Shown piece after piece: positions 12,001 to 25,300 of a DNA stretch of 64,000 nt. The notes beneath the pieces are model-generated. The model did no database searches and was not told where the DNA came from. It worked only from the letters and a program-made list of their open reading frames with translations. A program made the translations under genes and the position numbers. This stretch comes from Azolla caroliniana (lineage: Eukaryota; Plantae; Polypodiophyta), in assembly GCA_043228905.1 (NCBI GenBank), contig JBHGNT010000020.1, forward strand, positions 5,766,001-5,830,000. The letters are read 5' to 3'. Positions within the stretch are counted from its first letter, which is position 1. Each line of letters opens with the position of its first letter.

Positions 12001-13035
12001 ACTTCGTCTTCAAACATGAGTTTCATTCCCTTTTGTGGATACGTCACAACAAGGATCTTTGTGTTGTCTGGAGGTGAGCTTTGATACTTAATCCGAATTT
12101 TGTTGAGTGGCGTCTCCTCCTTAGTGTCAGCCGACCTGCATAAAATAATACAACAGATAAACCTAAACCTATAATCTCTCAAATTATGGGGTGACAAATT
12201 ATATGCAGTATGCAGATTGGTAGTTTGGAACGTTAAATTAGCAATCCAATATACTTATGGATGTGAAAACTAGGGATTGGACAGAGGAAAATGTATATTT
12301 AACATCTCATAGTCCACTGGACACTAAAATCAGTAAGATTTTGGTATCCCCAACAGTACCTAAATATTAACTATGTTGACCCAATTTGACCGTATTTTGA
12401 CCTAATTTAGAACTGTTGAACCTATTTTACTAGTTATTTTTGGTCTAATATGTGTTATGACCCCCAACTCGATACGGCGTATCGAGTTTAAGCCCTGCGA
12501 GCCACAACTCGATACGCTGTATCGAGTTAAGGCCCCCACGTATTGAGTTTTAACACTGGGAGCCACAACTCGATACGGCGTATCGAGTTAAGATGCCCAA
12601 CTCGATACGCCATATCGAGTTTTAGCCCTGGGAGCCACAACACCTTACACCGTAAAGAGTTAAGTCCCCACATATCGAGTTTTAGCCTTGGGAGCCACAA
12701 CTTGATACGCCGTATCGAGCCGTAACGAGTTGGGAGGCATAACTCGATACGACGTATCCAGTAATGTCCCCCAACTTGATACGGCGTATCAAGATATGTC
12801 CCCCAACTCGATACGGCGTATCGAGTTATAGCCCTAGGAGGTATATCGCGATACGCCGTAACGAGTTGGGGGACATAAGTCGATACGCCGTATCTATTTC
12901 TAGCCTTAGGAGCCACTTGATACCGCGTAACGAGTTCGAATACGAAATATAAAGCATGTAGATGGTCATATGTCCGTACAGTTTAGGGTTTAGATCCAAC
13001 CTATTGTCAGAACGAGCAATCCTTTTGCTCGACAT
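9079..13035 (-). pseudogene. Spliced ParB/Srx-like plus beta-class N6/N4 DNA methyltransferase gene (copy 1)
   Basis: Exons 13035-13001, 12135-10497, 10419-10281, 10196-9731, 9650-9358 and 9264-<9079 join in compatible phases. Motifs YFVIGGSHLAEAR, VADIPYGF, NPYQKP and WILDLFSGTG/TTSACALKLFRNSVTLEKD. Frameshifts near 11325 and 9880, and internal stops. Confidence 0.85.
12466..12937. repeat. Array of about 12 palindromic 23-mers AACTCGATACGNCGTATCGAGTT in intron 1
   Basis: Units start near 12466, 12506, 12567, 12599, 12639, 12699, 12741, 12773 and 12805 and continue beyond. Confidence 0.92.
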
Positions 13036-13679
13036 GATGATTGTGTCAGTTCGGGAATGCGTGAGGTATCTTGAGAGTTCTCGCGTATGTGCTTTGGCGC
13101 TTTGGGGAGTGGTTACGCTCAACTGTGGGGAATGAAATAGAGAGGTCGGTTCTATTTATGGGAGGGGAAGGGACCTTAGTTAAAAAAGTAACCATGGTTA
13201 GAATTAAATGCCAATAGTGCCTTTAGTTATTTATCTTAGAATTCGTATTTATTACTATCATAAAATAATGATTATCTTTATACTTTATGTGTAATATGAT
13301 CATTATGATCTAGTAGTTATGATTTCATACTTATGTGTATTATGATTTAGTATCTATTATGAGCTAGTACTTATTATGATTTAATACATGTGCAAGGTCA
13401 GTCCTATGATTGAGTATACTTATCTACATTTATGGTAGTCTAATGATTTTGATTTTGAGAACATTCACTAGTTGGGTGGGGTGAGTGCTATTATGCAATT
13501 ATGTGACGTGTACACGTGATCAATTTTTATTTATAACTAATAGAAATATAGAAAAAAATTATATAATAAAATATACAAAATACATATATACTTCCTTAGA
13601 ATTCCATTTGTAGTTTAAGTATGTCTTACAATATGTATGCTTAGGGAGTGAAATATAAAGGATATTAGAACCTCAAACA
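13036..13679. promoter_or_regulatory. Putative bidirectional promoter between the methyltransferase and transposase genes
   Basis: AT-rich spacer between divergent ATGs, conserved in copy 2 (37643-38284). Contains a CACGTG G-box. A telo-box (AAACCCTAAA) lies just inside intron 1. Confidence 0.45.
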
Positions 13680-16437
13680 ATGGGAAATAATTCACCCTTT
13701 TTTGTTGAGGAATATCAGCTGTCATCGGATTCCTCACCTTCTCTGGGGTTTTAGGTAGAAGAATACCATTGGTCTCAAGATTCTAATTTCACCGTTGAGG
13801 AGTATATAATCTCCGACAGTCCAGTCAATACGACAAGATGCCTTGAATTCTCAATTGAAGAGTATGACCCATACGCGGACTCGGGTGAGAATGTAGGTGA
13901 TTGTCAAAGTCCTGAAAGTATTTCTACCCAGCAACAGAGAACAAATGTGCGTCAAGAGGAGGACACACCAATATCATCTAAGGATGACAATAAGTTAGTG
14001 AGCCCCTTACTTTTCAAAAGGGTCTCAAGACATATTAGTCGAGAAAGATTTGCTTTAGTGACATTTGAGGCACAACTTACCGTAGATGTTAAAAAGACAT
14101 GTTGCGCTCGTGGGTGTATGGCGATTATTGGAAAGCAAAACTTGCGGTCTTTGAGACGTTACTATTTTTCACTCAATGGTGATGAACAAGACACCTATCT
14201 TATGACACACTTACAGATGGTGTCAGACAAACCCTCAAATATCTTGATCTCTTTCGAGTATTACCTTTTTACGGCACGACAATGTTGCAGAGTGGCATTC
14301 AAGATCGCACTTTGTGTTAGCAACATGAGATTACATAGAGTGCAACAAAGACTTTTAAACGGAAACAATCCCATTGAAGATGATAATTTGCCAAGTATGA
14401 AAGGTGCATCAGGTAGAAATGTGATCTGACGGATGAAGACGTACTTCAAGTTTAATTGTGAGATAATGCCAACTACCGGTAGGTTGCATCTCTCTGATAA
14501 TTATACACGTCGAGAAGTTTATGATTCCTATAGATTGGAAATTTCAACTTCTTGTGATAAGTATGTCACCTACAATCAGTTCACAAGGTTGTGGACATTG
14601 CACTTTAGTAATGTTATTATACCTTGTAAAGTACATATGGGGTATTGTTCAGTATGTGCAAACCTAAAGAGCGTGTGTAAAGGGGCAAAGACAGCGACAG
14701 AGAAGGAGCTAAACAAGAAATTGTTATGAGATCACCGAGAAGCCCAAACATTAGAGTGAAAAAGAGCTATGCACCATAGGGAAAAGTCGATAAACAATCC
14801 AACTAAGTACATGTGTTTAATGATAGATGGAATGGACCAAAAGAAGATGTGTCTACCTCATCTTAAACATCTTCCTAAAGATGTCAACAACGATTGTCTC
14901 GTGCAGATGCACTTGGTGGGTTGTTTAGCCTATAATGGAAGTGTGAAGCCTCATGTCTTCGTCACCTACCCAAATGTCCACAATGACGCTAATTTAACAG
15001 TCACTGTGATTAAAAAAGTATTGATGTCTTGGGGGCAATTTTTGCTGCCGGTTTTATATATTCAACTAAACAATACTGCTCGGGAAAACAAAAATTCTAC
15101 GGTGTTTGGTTATCTAAGGATGCTGGTGAACCAAGGAATTTTTAGGAAAGTGAAAGTTAACTTTCTATTGGTTGGTCACACACATGACCATATCGATCAG
15201 ATGTTCAGTAACTTCTCTAGGCAGTTATCACGATATGATGCTTTTACGTTACCTAAGTTGTTCGACATCATTGGTGATGCATATACGACACGCCCAATTG
15301 TGGAACACTTGAAGGAAATATATGATCTCAAGAGATACATATTAGATGGTGGTGAGCGAAATGCCAAAGTGTTAGCACCCTTAAATAATGTAAGTTTCAA
15401 CCACGTATTCTTAATAAATAAAAATAATCATAGTGGTTGTACATTATTATATATATGCAAAGCAGTATTCATCCTCCCCCCAATGGGAGCTTGAAGGCGG
15501 GTGTCAGTTTCTACTTCATATGCCTTCCACTTTTGTTTATGGTGTTGGACAAATGCCGATTGAGACTAAGAAAGTTGTCACCAATGTACTAGCAAATTAT
15601 CCAAAGGATGTTTGGATGCAAGCGTTGCAAGACAAACGCAAGCACATTGACAATGCAAAGAAGTATGTTGGGGAACAAGACACATCATGGTGGGATGTGT
15701 TCTTTAAATATCAAGAACAAATTGTTGACAATTGTGTCCTTGGTACTTGGACCGTGCAAATACCATTCACCTGGAATATACAAGAGTGTCGTAATTCTCA
15801 GACTTCTCCTCTTGCACCTAATGCGATTAATGATAGCTTGCTCCATCCACCACAAAGGGACATATATGTTGGACCCAAGCTGACAAAAACAGCGGAAGCA
15901 AGGTGGCAAGGGAACTTGCAAGAATGGAAGGTGGGTATGTTAATTGCTACACCTACTGATGATATTTAGCTGGGACATCAATTTTGGATTGGTAAGGTTT
16001 TAGATGTGGTGATGCATGAGAACCAAAGCCAAATCCAGTCTATAAAGTTGCATTGGTACAACACTAAAAGCAAAAATGCCTTTACCGGCAAGTATGCTTT
16101 AGAGATGAAGGAATGTCCATGGTCAAGAGGGAATAGAAAGAGGAAAAGAAATATTCATAGCACTTCATACCTAGACATTGGTGACCTAGATATTATTGTT
16201 TACGACTTCACACTAACAAAAGCTGGATGTCTCAGGAAGTCTACAATAGATATTATCAAGGAGAAATTACCTATTCTACAAAGGGTCTCATGTCGAAGGC
16301 AAACACGATCGTCTATACATAACATGGAATGTCAACATCTAGTTTTAGATGAAGACAATGCCTTAATAGGTACATCCGAAGATGACGAGGAACAATCTGC
16401 ATTGTATATTAGTAATCGTAGCGACTCTGGATCATGA
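13680..16437 (+). pseudogene. DDD/E transposase, Sola-like / DUF7869-like (copy 1), about 915 aa when reconstructed
   Basis: Same frame from ATG 13680 through 13947-15440 with point stops. Motifs CCARGC, CSVC, LMIDGMDQKK, YIQLNN..RENKN (QLDN in copy 2) and FLLVGHTHDHIDQMFS. Frameshift at a TA run near 15445. Confidence 0.8.
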
Positions 16438-16775
16438 TACGAGTGATTTTTGTAAATTTTACACTCCTCGAAATATGTAAGAGAGTGTCGTTTGTAATAC
16501 TCGAAATATGCGTAAATTATGTTTAGAAATTTTATTGCTTTGTACAGACATTGTTTGTTACAAAATACATTACTTCTTGACTTCTCAGTGATAGTGAACA
16601 TTATACCATTTCGATTATAGCATAATTTTAGCGTTTTTCCAAGTTTAGGAAATGATGATTTTTTGAGGTTTTCCAACAACATTTTGAGAACATGTGATAC
16701 TGGTATCATTACGTTTTGTGAATAGAGTATATAAAGCCCAAAATTTGAGGGAATATTCCTTATCCTTCCATTTTT

Positions 16776-16807
16776 GCGCGATCCTTCCACTTCTGAACAC
16801 GAACATG
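16776..16807. repeat. Right terminal inverted repeat of copy 1
   Basis: gcgcgatccttccacttctgaacacgaacatg matches 46447-46478 and the reverse complement of 32080-32111. Confidence 0.85.
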
Positions 16808-17370
16808 TTTTTGATCCCCAGAAAGTAATGAAGGGTTCCCAAATCCTTCATCTCAAAAGCAATCAACAACTAGGTTTTGACATGGCCTACTTTTGATAGG
16901 TCGGCCCCTATGATCACCAAGTCATCCACATATAGAAGAATGCATATCGAACTTGTTTGACCTTGTCAGATAAACAAGGAGGTGTCAGACTAAGATGTCT
17001 TAAACCTTATTTTATGCAAATACTGGATAATCTTTGAGTTCCAAGCTCTTAGAGCTTGCTTGAGTCCATATAGGGTCTTCTTCAGTCGACATATTGTTGA
17101 TTTGTTCACCTCCATCCGGAATCTTGGGGCCTTCTTCAGATCCATCTGGTGAATGTGCCACATCTTTGTTGATGCAACAACCAGAATAGCATGGACCATT
17201 ATCATCTTTATAACAAGTGCAAAGGTCTCATCATAGTCAATTATGTGAGTCTTTGCATACCCTTTATCCACAAGCCAGGCTTTGTGCCTATTGACTGAAC
17301 TGTCAGCGATGTACTTGATTTTATAGATCTACCGGCATCCTATCGGTTTGGAGTGTTTGGGTGGGTCTGT
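16808..17370 (-). mobile_element. Copia reverse-transcriptase fragment (insertion target of copy 1)
   Basis: IDYDETFA, CRLKKTLYGLKQA, LLYVDD and FEMKDLGTLHYFLGIK. Confidence 0.8.
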
Positions 17371-18419
17371 GGAGTCATGCATTGAATGTCAAATATATTC
17401 TGATTATAGGGTCAGAGATGAGCTACATCTGATGTACTCACATGTATTGCATTAAATAAGTGGATGGTGGATATAGTTCATATGCTCACTAGTTGAAATA
17501 AAATGAAATACTTGGTTCTTTCTCGTGGGGATTTGTCCAACCATGTGGAAGGGAAACCACTTCGAAACAAGTCTGCATAGGCTGTTCTAAATTTTTTATT
17601 AGAGGATGTAATTTGCAGATATAGTAATGTTGGGACAATTGTAGTACATCGAGGGGAGCTTGATTTGGATAAGGCTCAATGTTCTTCCAAAGATTTGGTA
17701 TTCGATTGACTTTGACTTTTGCATATAATCCGAAGGGAAATGGCAAAGTGTTGGCCTATGAGTATGTTCCGGAAGAGGAAGTGTGACCGAATGAATATTA
17801 TTAATATAGTAATTAATATAGTTAAGGAAATGACGGATCCGGATAGTTGTACTGATCTAGATCTGCACCAATTAGTAGCCGGTAGCCGGTAGGCACCGTT
17901 TTGTAACTCTTACCGGATGCCAATAAAATGATCCGGATTGATGTATATTTTACGGGAGTAATATAAGTGTTCAAAGTTTTCTTGTAAAGTGGACAAAGTA
18001 GTTGTATTGCAAAAGAAAAGTTTAATAAAATCATTTGGGAGTCTTTTTCTGTTCTTGTTTCTTAATAAAATCGTGTCAGTTAAATGTGTATTGATTACAG
18101 TCAGTTTTACTTATTGCAACTTTCAGTTTTAGTGTTTGTTGAATGTGCATAATGGCAATGATATATTTTACTCTCAAGTGAACCATGCAGAAGTTCAAAC
18201 AGTTTCCCATTTTGAGAACAACCAGCAACATGAAATCATAAATCAACGACCTATTTTAAAATTACATAGTGGATAATTTACTCAAAACAAGCGATTTAAT
18301 TCTTCATTGATTAATCTGTCATCAAATTACATATTTATAATACACCAGTGGCAATGTCTACAAAGCGCCTATAAATAGCTTAGCTCATGTTGGTCAGTGG
18401 AACTTGTCTACATATGTGA

Positions 18420-18750
18420 TCCACAATATGGAGCTCGGTATGGTGTCTGCAACCATGCAGTTAGTTGGCAGCTCAATGTTTTCATCAAGTAGTTATCAGG
18501 CATTTCGCCGAGTACAATGAGACATCATCTGTGAAGGTTGTAGTAATGTTATGTATCCACAATCAACGTATTGTCGGCATTATATTCAGGCCAAGTATGC
18601 CAAAAATCAAAAAGTCTTTTGAATCTTGCTATATCCTTCTGCTCACATCTTTCTCGTGTCCACTAACCCTTGAAGTGTTGTCGCCACTTTGGGAAGAATC
18701 TTTCTACACACTTCCAAACATCTGAACATAGTTTTTCACTCTAAATAAAC
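18420..18750 (-). pseudogene. Possible FCP1/NIF (HAD phosphatase-like) gene fragment
   Basis: Hand translation across stops gives WTRERCEQKDIARFKRLFDFWHTWPEYNADNTLIVD, resembling the C-terminal K-L..W...NTLLxDD segment of FCP1-homology domains. Confidence 0.3.
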
Positions 18751-18835
18751 AAATCAAGTATTGCACAACCCACTCTAGAAATTGATTTGCATCCCTCCTT
18801 AGTGTCATATATCGCACACTCATGAACACTTTATC

Positions 18836-20508
18836 TGAAGAGAAATGCACGGAATATCACTCGGCCACAACCGAGTAGTAAGTCACTTCTATAAGAATCA
18901 AACACAAAAATGGGAAGTAGAGAGTACACAAGAAAGTGACACAGGATGTTTACATGGAAAACCCTAATAGGGAAAAATCATGGGAGGCTATAGACTCCAA
19001 ACTATCACTATGAAGAGAAGGGGTACAATCAGAGACTCGGAGGCAACAACGTCAAGCTCTGTTTCTTCGCACAGTGGCGGTTACAATAGAGTATCGCTTT
19101 GTATCTCTCTCTCTGTACAATAGTTACGACAATATGACTACAACAAAATCACACACTAAAGTGATTGCCCTAAGACATATTTATAGTTATATGAACTTAG
19201 GGCTATTTACAAATATAGCCTCAATGGGCTTATTCCAGACATATTTACAAATTTGTTTTCTCTTCCGGTTCTCACCGGGTTCACCGATCCGGTTTCCGGA
19301 TCTCTTCCGGTTCTCACCGAGTCTCCTCCGGTTTCCAGATCTCTTCCAGTTCTCACCAGGTTCTCTTTATTCATCACTGGATCCCGTCCGGAGACACCGA
19401 TTTCCCAACAATCTCCCCCTTCACTCCGATATGGGATGTCTTGTGAGTCTGATCCGCTTCCGGCATGGGTCCAGCTTGTCGTGTGTCAGCACCTTGGTCA
19501 GCATATCTGACCCGTTCTCCTCCATGTGGATCTTTGTCAGCGCGAACTCTCGATCTTCAACTCGCGCCCGGATCCTGTGTTACCTACGTTGGATGTGCTT
19601 CGTTCTGGAATGGTGTGCCGCGTTCTTTGCAAGGTGGATGGCACTTTGATTGTCACAGTAGATCCAATATTCCTCTTGCCGGATCCCTAGCTCTCCAATG
19701 AAGTTCTTCATCCATAATATTTCTTGCCGACTTCCACGGCTGCCATGTACTCCGCTCCGCCTCCGTGGTTGACAACGCAACCTTCTTCTGCAGCCTCGAT
19801 TGCCACGAAACGGCTCCCCCTGCATAGGTCATGACATATCTGGAAGTTGACCGGCTGGTGTCCACATCTACGGGCATATCCGAATTGGTAAAGCCTTCTA
19901 TGAGGGGTTTACCGGAGCTGAATCAGAGGCACATACTCGAAGTGCCCTTCAAGTACCGGAGTATCCATTTTACCACATTCCAGTGCTCTTTTCCGGGGTT
20001 GGCCATGAACCAACTCACCACTCCGACTGCATATCCAATATCCAGTCGAGTACACACCATTCCGTACATCAAGCTCCCAACCGCAGAGGCATATGGAATC
20101 TTCATCATATCCACCTTCTTTGGCTTTGTCTTCGAGCTTTGCTTACCAGATAATCTGTAGTTTGCTGGGAGTGTCAATCCAACCGGTTTTGCTTCTAACA
20201 TGTTAAACCGCTGAAGCACCTTTGTCACATACTTTTCCTGTGACAGCCACAATTGCTTCTTCGACTAGTCCTTGATGATGTGCATCCCTAGTATCTGTCT
20301 TTCATTGAGAAGGTCCAATTAAGGGCCATCTTCAGCATCCGTATCTTGACGTGGTCTCGTCCAACAATCAACATCTCGTCCACGTATAGGAGCAATATCA
20401 AGAAATCTCCTCCATCAAATTTCTTCACAAACACGCAGTGATCAGTCTGCATCTTGTGGTACCCTTGATCGATCATGAAGGAGTCAAACTTCCGGTACCA
20501 TTGCCGGG
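18836..20508 (-). mobile_element. 3' part of a Tnt1-like copia: LTR 18836-19410, PPT, RNase H and RT
   Basis: The LTR ends tttcccaaca, followed by the PPT complement atctccccct. Motifs LLLYVDE, PYASAVGSLMY and YCDNQSAIHLAKN. Confidence 0.85.
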
Positions 20509-20509
20509 G

Positions 20510-21252
20510 AGGTTGCTTCCCCCGCGGTCCAGCCTCAGATCCTACACGTACTCGCGGAATAACGCGACAACGTATTGAAGATAGATAGATGGAGGAAGAG
20601 AGAGAGAGAGAGAGAGAGAGAGATTGAGATATAGATTGAACCGATGACTTTAGTTTTATGAGACAAGATACATCACCATTAGGATAACTCAAATCTTTGA
20701 TTAAAAGTTTCTTTTTTACTTACATCACTTGCCTTCCTTACACAAGCCCAACTATAGGCTTTTATAGGTCTCTCCATGCAAAAATCATGGGCTAAAATCA
20801 CGGGCTAAAACCATGGGCTAAAACCACGGGTTAAAATCATGGGTTAAAACCATGGTTTTGTGCCCACGGTTTCTATATGTTTGCTTCCTACAAAATACAA
20901 AATATGAAAACAAAATATGCAAATTCTAAAGCACTTAGTAGTGGCTTTAGTGGTAAGTTAATTTACCTCCTATCTTGGAGGTGCAATGTTCAAGCCTTGC
21001 TTCCACCCTTATGTATGCACTTAAATGTTACTAGGCTTTAGTCTTATTTTTATATTTACAATTGAGTGCACATCACGCGTGCACATGTTTAACTTTACAT
21101 TTAGCTTTCCTTTTGTGATTCTCATTTCAGTCCTATTTACAACATGCTAGCATATGTGTTTGGCCTTCACCCCTTTCACACGTGAACATTGCACCCCGAT
21201 TTCGTTCGTTGCACACAATTTTCACACCGTTGTCGAAAATCTTCACAACAAC
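20510..21252. repeat. LTR-like remnants with a GA microsatellite and 13-bp aaaa(t/c)ca(t/c)ggg(c/t)t repeats
   Basis: The aacgcgaca end at about 20569 resembles the solo LTR end at 42624. The segment ends caacaaca where methyltransferase homology begins. Confidence 0.45.
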
Positions 21253-22294
21253 ATAAAATGTACCCATCGGAAGATCGGCTAGTAAAGAAATGTTGTGGGC
21301 TTGAATCTTTTAGAAAAGATCTTGAGAGCTCACAAAATCTTATTGTAACCTTAAGGCCATATATACAAGGCCATGTAACTCTGAGAGAGCCCTCTCCCTC
21401 TTCGGTCAAGGCCCCAAAAAAGGCATCTAAAGTGCAATCGAGACCAGCAAAAAAGAAGACCACTATTATGTCAAACTCCGACACATCAAGCTCCACGGAA
21501 GATGATGAAACTAGGGTCACACCAGGTGTTGATGCAACCAGTTAATGCAACGAAAACTGGTGAGAAAAGGGCAAGTCTTTAACTTGCCTATAACACACAT
21601 TCATAGGCCGCCAGTTGATGTGAAAACAAGACGAACACCACTTGAGATTAGAGCGCCACACTGAATACATGTTAAGAATATGAAGAAAAAACTGAGAATA
21701 AATCCACATGCTACAGTTGTGCCTTTCATTGTAATGGTGGATGCCGAAGAATATGACACCATTGAAGTCTTCGACATCAGAAAGCAGGATCAATATAATT
21801 ACTTTGTAATTGGTGGATCACATTCGATTGAGGCACATAGGCAACTTGTTAGAGAGCACCCAACGACTTACTTCTTCAAGTATGCCGAGTGCAAAATATA
21901 CGTGGGCCTCACAACTGAAGAGGCAAAGCTTTTGGCATGGGACCACAACAACGATAATGACTACAGACAGAAAATGACATCTATTGAACGGATAAGGTTT
22001 GTTGAGAATTAAGCTCAACTTGGTCTAGTGTGTGAACTCACCTTGAGAGTGAAGAGACACTCCAACGGTCAAGAGTCACCATTATGTCACCACTTTGTAT
22101 TCTAGCATTTAGTATGAGTCATAGAATCATATTCTATGACACATAACTTATGAGATTTCACATTCCCCATGCTCCATGAGTCTTGTAGTTAATGAAGAGA
22201 GAGGGTGACTACATAAAGTACCCTCCTCCTACCTTGTAAAATGTTGAGTCTTTCTCCTTTGTCAATATACTTTTACCTTGCGTATTCTCTGTGT

Positions 22295-22340
<46 letters not shown>

Positions 22341-25300
22341 CACACACATAACTCACATCTCTTCCGGTTCACAAGAATCCATCTCTTGATTCTTTACATG
22401 GTATCAGAGCGATTTGGTAGCTCGATCTAGCCCATTCGCCTCATCGTGATGATGTGTTGTGCTCTACACCAACTCATAGCTATCGTAGCTTCGCTACATA
22501 GCTCGCATTAGAAGAAGAAGAAGAATCGACATAATGAATACTCAAATGGGGAGCGCTCTCCCTACCAAGAAGTTGGATCGAAACAACTTCACATCTTGGG
22601 AGTACAAGATGCACCAATACCTTGTCGGCCAAGGCTATTGGAGCTACATCAAAGGAGCGCATGAAGACCGACCCGCCGAAGCGGCTCCCGGATACGCGAC
22701 ATGGGAGCAAGCCGCAAGCCGCATGATGTATTGTTTGGCGACATGTGTTGACGACCACATGCTCGGTTACATTCGAGAAGCCAAGACGCCGAAGGAAGCG
22801 TGGGAAAATCTACAAAAGATTTTCGCCGCCAACACGACCGCGAGGAAGCTTCAACTCCGCCAAGAGTTGAACAACATTCAACAAAGGGACATGTCCATCA
22901 CGACATACACCTTGAAGATCAAGGAGCTTTGCGACTCGCTCGGCTCAATAAGCGTAAGTATAGATGATGCTGAAATGGTGCAAATATGCCTCGGCGCGAT
23001 GCGAACTGCCGTTCTAGCACGGGAGAAATCTCCCTCCTTCGAGCTCCAATCAATGCTATTGGTCAAAGAAAACCACGTGCGTACAAGGAGCAATGAGTCG
23101 GAAGGCCACATGCTCTACACGCACTCTAATGGAGGAAGAGGACATGGACGAGCGAGAGGCTGATTCGGCCAAGGACAAGGCGGACGAGGTCCGACCTACG
23201 ACAAGAACTCCCAATTTCGGCCGCAAAACGGAGGCCAACGAGGAACCTTCGCAAGAAGGGGGAGCTTCCACTCCAGCCCGAGCCGTCAAAACGCAACCGA
23301 ATGCGGATATTGCGGAAAGCTCGGCCACCACGAAGAAGAGTGCCGAAAGAAGATACGTGAATCGGCTTCCACAAGCTGACAACTCACGAATTACGCACAC
23401 AACTCCGACTACGAAGATCGTAGCGGAATGTATGCCCACAACTCCGACCATGGCGAAATGTACGGGCACAACTCCGACTACGAAGATCGTGGTGGAATGT
23501 ATGCACACAACTCCGACCGTGGCGGAATGTTCATGATGAAACATAGAGCAAACTCTATGTCGGCCGCTACCTGAGCTAGTGCCTCCGGTCCGGAAGACGT
23601 ATGGTTCGTCGATTCCGGTGCCTCGAACCATATGACATCGCATCAAGAATGGTTCCGAGAACTTCGAGAGACGGACCGACCCAGCTATGTCGAAACCGGA
23701 GACGACACTACGCACCCGATTCGGCACATTGGCAATGTTCCGTTCAAAAAAGAAGGTAAGCAAAATTACATTAAAAATGTCTTGCATGTACCGACCATTA
23801 CGAAGAATTTGGTCTCCGTCGGCCAAATTGTAGAGCAAGGGATGCAAGTTCGATTTAATCAAGGCGGTTGCTTCATCGAAAAAGAGGGCCGAATCATCGC
23901 ACGCAGACGAAGAGAGGGCCGGATGTTTATTCTCGATTCACGCGAATCGCGAGATGAAATCCGCCATGTTCGCGAACAACACGAAAGCTAACTCCGACAT
24001 AGAGCTATGGCACAAGCGGCCACATCAATCTCAACAAACTCAAAGCAATGAAATCGAAAGGAGTCGTCATCAGACTCTCGACATTCAAAGAGAAGGAGAT
24101 TGAAGGTGTATGCGAAGTGTGCCAATTCGGCAAGCAACACCGACACCCATTCCCGAAAGAGTGGAACGTGACCAAAGGTCTACTCGACGTAGTCCATTCC
24201 GACGTATGGGGACCGGCGCAGATGGCTACATTCGGCGAATGCCGATATTACGTGCTCTTCATCGATGACTTCTCTAGGCACAGTTGGATCTACCCCATGC
24301 GGGAAAAGAGCGAAGTGTTCGGACATTTCCAAAATTTCAAGAATGAAGTCAAGAAAGCCACGGGCCAACATATACGATGCCTTCGATCGGATGGCGGCAA
24401 GGAGTACTTCTCAGAAGATTTCACTCACTCGATAGTGAGTTCGGCAGCTTCGATGTACCAATCGGAGCTAAGAAAGCTCTCATCTCTGCAAATGAAAAGC
24501 TCCGCTGATCCACTCATGAAAAGAACCCACCCCGTAAGCCGATTCGGCTACAACAAGTATATGGCGTACCATTACGCCTTTATGATGAAGGTAGCGACAG
24601 TACGGGAGCCAGAAACCTTTTCGGAAGCTGCGATGGATCGAAGCAATGAATGAGGAGATGCAGGCACTACGGAAGAACGAGACGTGGGATCTCATTCCCA
24701 CCTCACCACACAAAAAGGAGATCGGATGCAAATGGATCTACAAGGTGAAGTACAACGCCGATGGTTCCGTCAACCGCTACAAAGTGCGACTCATAGCGAA
24801 AGGCTACGCGCAAACGCATGGCGTCGACAACGAAGAGACCTTTGCCCCAGTGGCAAAGATGACGACGGTGCGGACCGTAATTGCGCTTGCCGCGGCAAAA
24901 GGGTGGCACCTGCATCAAATGGACGTCAAGAACGCCTTTCTACAAGGCGAATTAGAAGAGGAGGTGTACATGATACAACCACCCGGCTTCAACTCGAGCA
25001 CCCATCCGAAAATTGTATGCCGACTCAAGAAGCCACTCTACGGCCTCAAGCAAGCATCGCGTGCTTGGCATTCAAAGATAACCCAATATCTTCATCAAAT
25101 CGGCTTCCATATGTCAAAATCGGACAACTCCCTCTACATACGAAGCGATTCCGCAAGTCCGATCGTCATCATCTTATATGTGGATGACCTAGTCATTGGA
25201 GGTGAGCATCTCGTCGAAATCACTAAGGTCAAATCCCTCCTTTCCGACAAGTTTGAGATGACAAACATGAAGGAGCTCCACTACTTCCTCGGCATTGAGG

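Larger units (their letters stand above)
9079..16807 (+). mobile_element. TIR DNA transposon copy 1 (transposase plus divergent ParB-methyltransferase), left end lost or displaced
   Basis: Collinear with 33447-46478 once nested insertions are removed. Right TIR at 16776-16807. Confidence 0.85.

Noticed and set aside
12466-12937. CRISPR array (palindromic repeats with spacers; also 36926-37543)
   Set aside because: Spacers are 9 or ~17 bp and repeat each other rather than being unique. There are no cas genes, and the array lies in a spliceosomal intron.
9079-13035. Bacterial contamination or prophage as the source of the methyltransferase
   Set aside because: The gene has conserved GT-AG introns, sits inside TIRs and is interleaved with plant copia insertions bearing TSDs.
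21173-21190. parS-like sequence tttcacacgtgaaca near a ParB-like gene
   Set aside because: Imperfect single match inside an LTR remnant and not present in the other copies; likely chance.
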